From Guillardia theta CCMP2712 (lineage: Eukaryota > Protista > Cryptophyta), in assembly GCF_000315625.1 (NCBI RefSeq), contig NW_005434633.1:90616-128218 (forward strand): DNA of 37,603 nucleotides, read 5' to 3'. How positions within the stretch are numbered: position 1 is the first letter of the stretch; every line of letters begins with the position of its first letter. Under the pieces are notes generated by a model. It worked only from the letters and a program-made list of their open reading frames with translations, was not told the DNA's origin and did not search any database. Both the position numbers and the translations under genes were made by a program. Below, in pieces: positions 32,553 to 37,603 of the stretch.

Positions 32553-34373
32553 ATGACCTGGATGCCGGTCAAGGTGGAGTAGATCTTGGAGGTCGCAGGT
32601 CCAGCTCCCTCCTCGAACTTCCACGACCAAGTCTCACCCTTGTAAGTGACGGCGCCGATGGGGGAAACCTGAACACCAGCAGGTGAGGACGAGAGCACGG
32701 GCGACAGAAGAGGAGCGAACAAGAAGACGACGACTAGGTGAGGGTGAAGGAGGAGGAGCAGCAGCAGCAGCAGCAGCTCACCACAACGGCGGTTCCGACG
32801 GTGAAGGCCTCGTCTGCCTCCTTAAGGAGGGTGAAGGGTACCCTATCCTCGACGACTTCGTAACCAGCGTCCTTGGCAACCTGAACAAGAGGGAAGATCA
32901 GGACAAGGATAGGAGCTGGTGCAGGGGCAGGGGAGTTGCAGAGGCGAGAGCAGGGGCAAGATGAGGGGTATCAAGAGCTTCAGGAGGGTGAGGAGAAAAA
33001 GAAGGAGAAAAAGGAGGAGGAGCAGGAGGAGGAGCAGGAGGAGGAGCAGGAGGAGGAGCAGGAGGAGCAGAAGGAGGAGGAGGAGGAGGAGGATCGCTGT
33101 AGAAATCTCAGGATTCCTGACCTGGATGACGCTGTCACGAGTGACACCCTCGAGGATGGTGTCCATGGGGTCTCCTCCTCCCTTGAGGGCGGGAGTGTAG
33201 ATCTTCTTGCCCTTGACGACGAAGATGTTGGAGGTGCCAACCTGAGAGGAGAGTCAGAGGGAGACAGGGAGAGTCAGAGGGAGAGCGAGAGAGCGAGAGG
33301 GAGAGGGAGAGCGAGAGGGAGGCAGGAAGAGGAAGAGGAAGAGGAAGGGGCAGAGGAAGAGGAAGAGGCAGAGGGGGAAGGGGGAAAGGGGGAGGAGAGG
33401 GGGAGGGCACGGGGGGATCGCAAGGCTGATGTCTTGACCTCCTCGAGATACTTCTGCTCCGACGCATCCAAGTAAATCACATTGTCAAACCCTTCCTTCT
33501 TGGCGATGGTCTGCGCCCAACACGTCAGGCCCTGCCCCCCCCTCGCAGAGCCGATACCTGAGGGAGGAGGGAGGCAGCGTAGTTCCCGACGGCCTTGATC
33601 CCTCCCGATCCTCCCTTGGCAGCCCTGGAGTACGCGTGCTCGATCTTGAGCTTGATGGGGGAGAGCTGATTACCCTTGAAGTACGACCCCACAGGGGACA
33701 CGTACACGAGGAATGTGTAGCTGGGAGCGGGAGCAAGCCCAAGGATGGGCCCAGTCCCGATGATGAGGGGGCGGATGTAGAGCGATCCCTTGCCGCATGG
33801 CGGCACCCAGTTGGCATTGGCCAGCACACAGCTCTTGATGCTCTCGACAAAGGTATCCTCGGGCACAGGGGGCATGCATAACCTCTCGCAGCCATAGCGG
33901 ACGCGCCGCGCGTTCTTGTCAGGGCGGAAGATGACGATCCTGCCGTCCTCGGTCCTCTGAGCCTTCATGCCCTCGAAGACTCCCTGCCCGTAGTTCAAGA
34001 CTCCAGCACGCGGCGAGATCTCGAGCGGACCGTAAGGTTTCACTTCAGCCTTGCCCCATCCTGCTCCCTCAGTCTTGCACACAGTCATGAAGGAGGTCTC
34101 GATCGATCCCCATGGCTTCTTGCCGAGCTCCTCCCAGTCCATGGCCGTCGGCTCATGCTCCTTCCTCGTTCCACTCGCCACCATGCTCGCTCCAAGAAAA
34201 CGCCTCCTTTCCGAACGGGGTGAGAACTGAGAGACAGGACTACGGAGTGAGGAGGAGGAGGAGGACAGGAAGGAGGGACGGATCCCTGCTCCTCTCATCG
34301 GTACATTGAAGGCTCCTGCCTCTTCTCCCGCCATCATCGCCGCCGCCATCGCGGCCCACCACACTGCCCGCAT
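32306..34373 (-). CDS. ilvE: Branched-chain amino acid aminotransferase (PLP fold IV), plastid-targeted
   Basis: VLNYGQGVFEGMKA, FRPDKNARR, GSLYIRP, GGIKAVGNYA (catalytic Lys), IYLDASEQKYLEEVGTSNIF, TILEGVTRDSVI, AFTVGTAVV, VSPIG, last exon TGKVPDPYGWTVYLD*; presequence MRAVWWAAMAAAMMAGEEAGA-FNVP followed by a Ser/Arg-rich transit peptide. Confidence 0.95.
32503..32551. repeat. (GCAGGA)n intronic microsatellite
   Basis: Tandem run in the last BCAT intron. Confidence 0.9.
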
Positions 34374-35200
34374 GCTTTCGGCCTCTAACGACACCACCCC
34401 GTAGATCCACCCTAGTTGGAAACCACCCCACCACCCTAGGGTCCTAAACACCAATTGCACCCACCCCTGCAATTGGAACATTTCCTTATTGAAAGTACCC
34501 CACCCTTCTGTAAAAACTGGGTACCCGACAATCACCACCACCCAGTTCACTACTACCCTACCCAGGAAGGATTCATACTGACATTCCCCAAAACCCCACC
34601 CCTCCTCCCCCCCCAGGAGCTTTATTAGATACTACCCCTACCTACTCATATCCCTGAATTTACCCCTCTTTGCCTCCGACACTCTGTCTACCCACCCGGT
34701 GGTATGACATGAAGGAGCCCACCCCACCTACCCTACATTTCTCCCTTTGGAGTACGGGTAACCATCAACACCCGTAGCAAATTGCAGGTAGGGGTAGGGG
34801 TATGTGATATGGGGTAGGGGAAAGGGGGGTGGGTAAGGGGTGTTTACGCAATGATGAGGGTGTGGTGAATGAGGGTGATGAAATGATTGTGCGGGGATGA
34901 GGGTAAGAAATTTGGAGGATGAGGTCACACTAGGGGAAGACAAGAAAAATGCTGGGGGCCGGGCGGGTGGGGGGCGGGTGATGGCGGGAACAGGGAGGAG
35001 GGGAGAGGAGAGGAGAGGAGAGGAAGAGAAGGAAGAAGGTTGTATGATGCTCTTCTGCTGCTTACTGAAGCTCTCTCCTTCAGGGCGCGGAGGTCAGGCA
35101 AGACCGAGGGCTTCATACAGGAAGGGAGAGGAGGTACAAACAGCATTTCTGCATAGTTGCGCAAGGGCAGACTGTGGAGACTGGACTTCTTCGTTGTACA

Positions 35201-37603
35201 ATGAGCGCAATGGAAGGAGGAAGCTCGCACAATCCTCAGCCACAGGAAGTTCTTCCTCCAGGCAATGCAGACGTAAGTCAACAGGCGCATGCGCAGGGCC
35301 ACGGGGAGTCCGGAGAAAGATGGGAAACGAGCAGGAGACGATGCAGTGGGGATGCAGACAGGGCGGTGGTAGTGAGATGAGGTCAAGGGAAGGATGGTTT
35401 GGACGGAGCAAGTGATGAGTTCAGCCGCGGTGTTGTGGAGAGGGGGAGGAGAATCTAGATGGGTTGCAGCCAAGGTTTGACTTGTTTCTGGCAGCATGGA
35501 ACTCTGGGAGACAAGATCGTGATCGCGCTAGTTGGTCTTCCTGCCCGAGGAAAGACTTACATAGCAAAGAAGCTGCAGGTGGAGGTGGAGGCCGCTGGTG
35601 GCCATGGCTGACTGGGCTTTCCCTGTGTCCTAGCGGTACCTGTCGTTCTTCCATGGAGCGCCGACCAGAGTTTTCCACTTGGAGACGTACAGGAAGAAGA
35701 GATTCAGCGAGAGGAACGAGAGCGACTTCTCGTTCCTCTCCGACGAGACGAAGGAGAGGGAGGTGAGGGTAGGGACATGGCGGGCGTGACGGACTGACGG
35801 GACGTCAAAGGTGTGCGTGTTGGACGCGCTAAACGACATCAAAGACTTCATTGAGGTGAGCGGAGCGATCAGAGCATGAGCGGGGAGCGATGCGGATGCT
35901 GCCGATGCTCCTTCCTTGAGATGTCGCTGTCCGCTCGAATGCTCGCTTCTCTGCGCTTGACTGCCCTCTTGAACCTGCTTCCTCCTGATTTTCCTCCTCT
36001 TCTCCACTGCACACCATTCTGGAGCATTACTCTCGCTCTGCTCCTGCCTTGTCCTGCTCAATCCTTTCCTCTCAAATCCTCACCTACTCTCTCCTCTTTC
36101 CCTTCTTCCCGTTCCTCTCCTCCTTCCCTTCCCCCCCTGCCTCTCCTCCTTCCCTTCCCCCCCCCCTGCCTCTCCTCCTTCCCTTCCCCCCCTGCCTCTC
36201 CTCCTCCCCTTCCCTTCTGTATCCCCTCTAATTCTCCTCGCCTCGCAGGCGGGAAGGACAAAGGGCTTGTTGCCATCTTCGACGCTACCGACGGGACCAG
36301 ATGTCGCCGGAGGTGGCTCGTGGACGAATTGAGCCCGATCCTCCAGGTTCCGCTCTCCTCCTGCTCCTCTTCCTTCAGTGACAGGAGGGGCAGTCCAAGT
36401 CCAACATCATCTTTGTGGAGTCCGTGTGCGAGGATCAGACGATCGTCGAGCAGAACATCAGGTGAGGGCTGGTGTCTGTGCGAGTGAGGGAGAGGGAAGG
36501 TTGCCGACTGACCCTTCCCTCCTCGCTTCCTCTCCTTGTCCCTCCTCCTCCTTGTCCCTCCTTCTCCTCCCTCTACTCCTCCCACTCCTCCTCCTCCTCC
36601 CACTCCTCCTCCTCACTCCCACTCCCTCCCCTCCCCATTCCTCTTTCATTCTCCCAGGGCCACGAAGTTAAACCTGCCGACCTACCATGGCATGTCGGAG
36701 GACAGCGCGATCGAGGATTTCCGCAATGTATGCGAAGGCGGGAGGTGGGAGCAGGAGCTGACGATGGTCGCGAGCAGAGGATCCTGAACAACACAAGTCA
36801 CTACCAGACCATGTGTGAGGCAGACAAGGACTTCAGTTGGATCAAGACTGTTGACGGGGGGAAGCAGGTGATTGATTGTGTAGGAACCTGCCCTCTACTG
36901 TCATCCTCCTCCTCTCCCTCTTGGGCTTTTACTCTCCTCACCTCTCCTCTCCCCCTCGCTTCCCCTCGTCTTCACTCTCTCTCTCTCCCTCTCCATCTCC
37001 CTCCCCCTCCCCCTCTCCATCTCCCTCCCCCTCCCCCTCTCCCTCTCCCTTCCTCCTCTCCTCCCCTCTCCCCCTTCCGCTTCCAGCAACCTCTCAAGGC
37101 AACTTCCCAGGTCGTCTTGAACAAGATCTTCGGGTACCTCCCCGGCCGCATCGCCTCGTTTGTCATGAACCTGCACACGACTCCCAAGAGCATCTACCTC
37201 ACCCGCCATGGCGAGAGTAACTACAACGTAAAGCAGAAGATCGGAGGAGATACAGAGCTTTCTCCACATGGCGAGGAGTTCGCTACCTGCCTGGCCAGGT
37301 GGGTGCAGGACAACGTGGTAAAGCACCATCCGAGAGCAAGGCTCTGGACAAGCACGCTCCGTCGCTCCATTCAGACAGGTGAGGAGGAGCAGGAGGAGGA
37401 GGAGGAGGAGGAGGAGGAGGGAGGCAGAGAAGGAAGGAGGAGAGAAGAAAGGAAGAAGAGGGGTTGGGGGAGGACGGAGGGAGGAAAGAGGAAGGGGGAA
37501 GAGAGAGCAGGAGACAAGAGAGCAGGAGGCTAGCGCGAACATGTCTTCCCAGCCCGCCACATCAGGCAATGATAAAGTTTTGATCAAGGGGGAATCTTGG
37601 ATC
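35201..37603 (+). CDS. PFKFB: 6-phosphofructo-2-kinase/fructose-2,6-bisphosphatase (PFKFB-type); multi-exon, runs off the window end, start codon uncertain
   Basis: Walker A IVIALVGLPARGKTYIAKKL (~35515-35578), AIFDATDGT, IIFVESVC, DFRN|RI, SWIKTVDGG, then histidine-phosphatase IYLTRHGES and LWTSTLRRSIQT. Confidence 0.92.

Noticed and set aside
34374-34550. Upstream extension of the BCAT ORF to 34550
   Set aside because: Non-ATG start within the C/G-run domain; the ATG at 34373 gives a proper signal peptide

Overview
Intron-rich, GC-rich eukaryotic nuclear DNA. It is most consistent with a cryptophyte alga (Guillardia theta-like). This is an inference from the ~45-60 nt introns, the microsatellite-filled introns and a bipartite 'signal peptide + Phe' plastid-targeting presequence. 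Genes reconstructed by eye across introns: an ankyrin/coiled-coil protein (+); a large secreted RCC1/L-type-lectin/EGF protein with a GPI-like tail (-); a calmodulin/centrin-like EF-hand protein (+); an oxysterol-binding protein (-); a PHO80/CYCU-type cyclin (-); an unknown protein spanning two assembly gaps (+); a Cys-rich type II membrane protein (-); an FCP1/NIF-like HAD protein (+); a plastid-targeted branched-chain aminotransferase (-); and a 3'-truncated PFK-2/FBPase-2 (+). The most notable non-genic signal is a 42-nt direct repeat (9375-9416 and 9761-9802) that looks like a spliced leader. It brackets a 344-bp segment that may be the 3' end of a site-specific non-LTR retroelement and sits in CCGG-rich blocks. 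Strand-asymmetric C-run/G-run domains lie upstream of several genes. Most short ORFs in the supplied track are microsatellite or antisense artefacts. Exon boundaries were read manually and are approximate.
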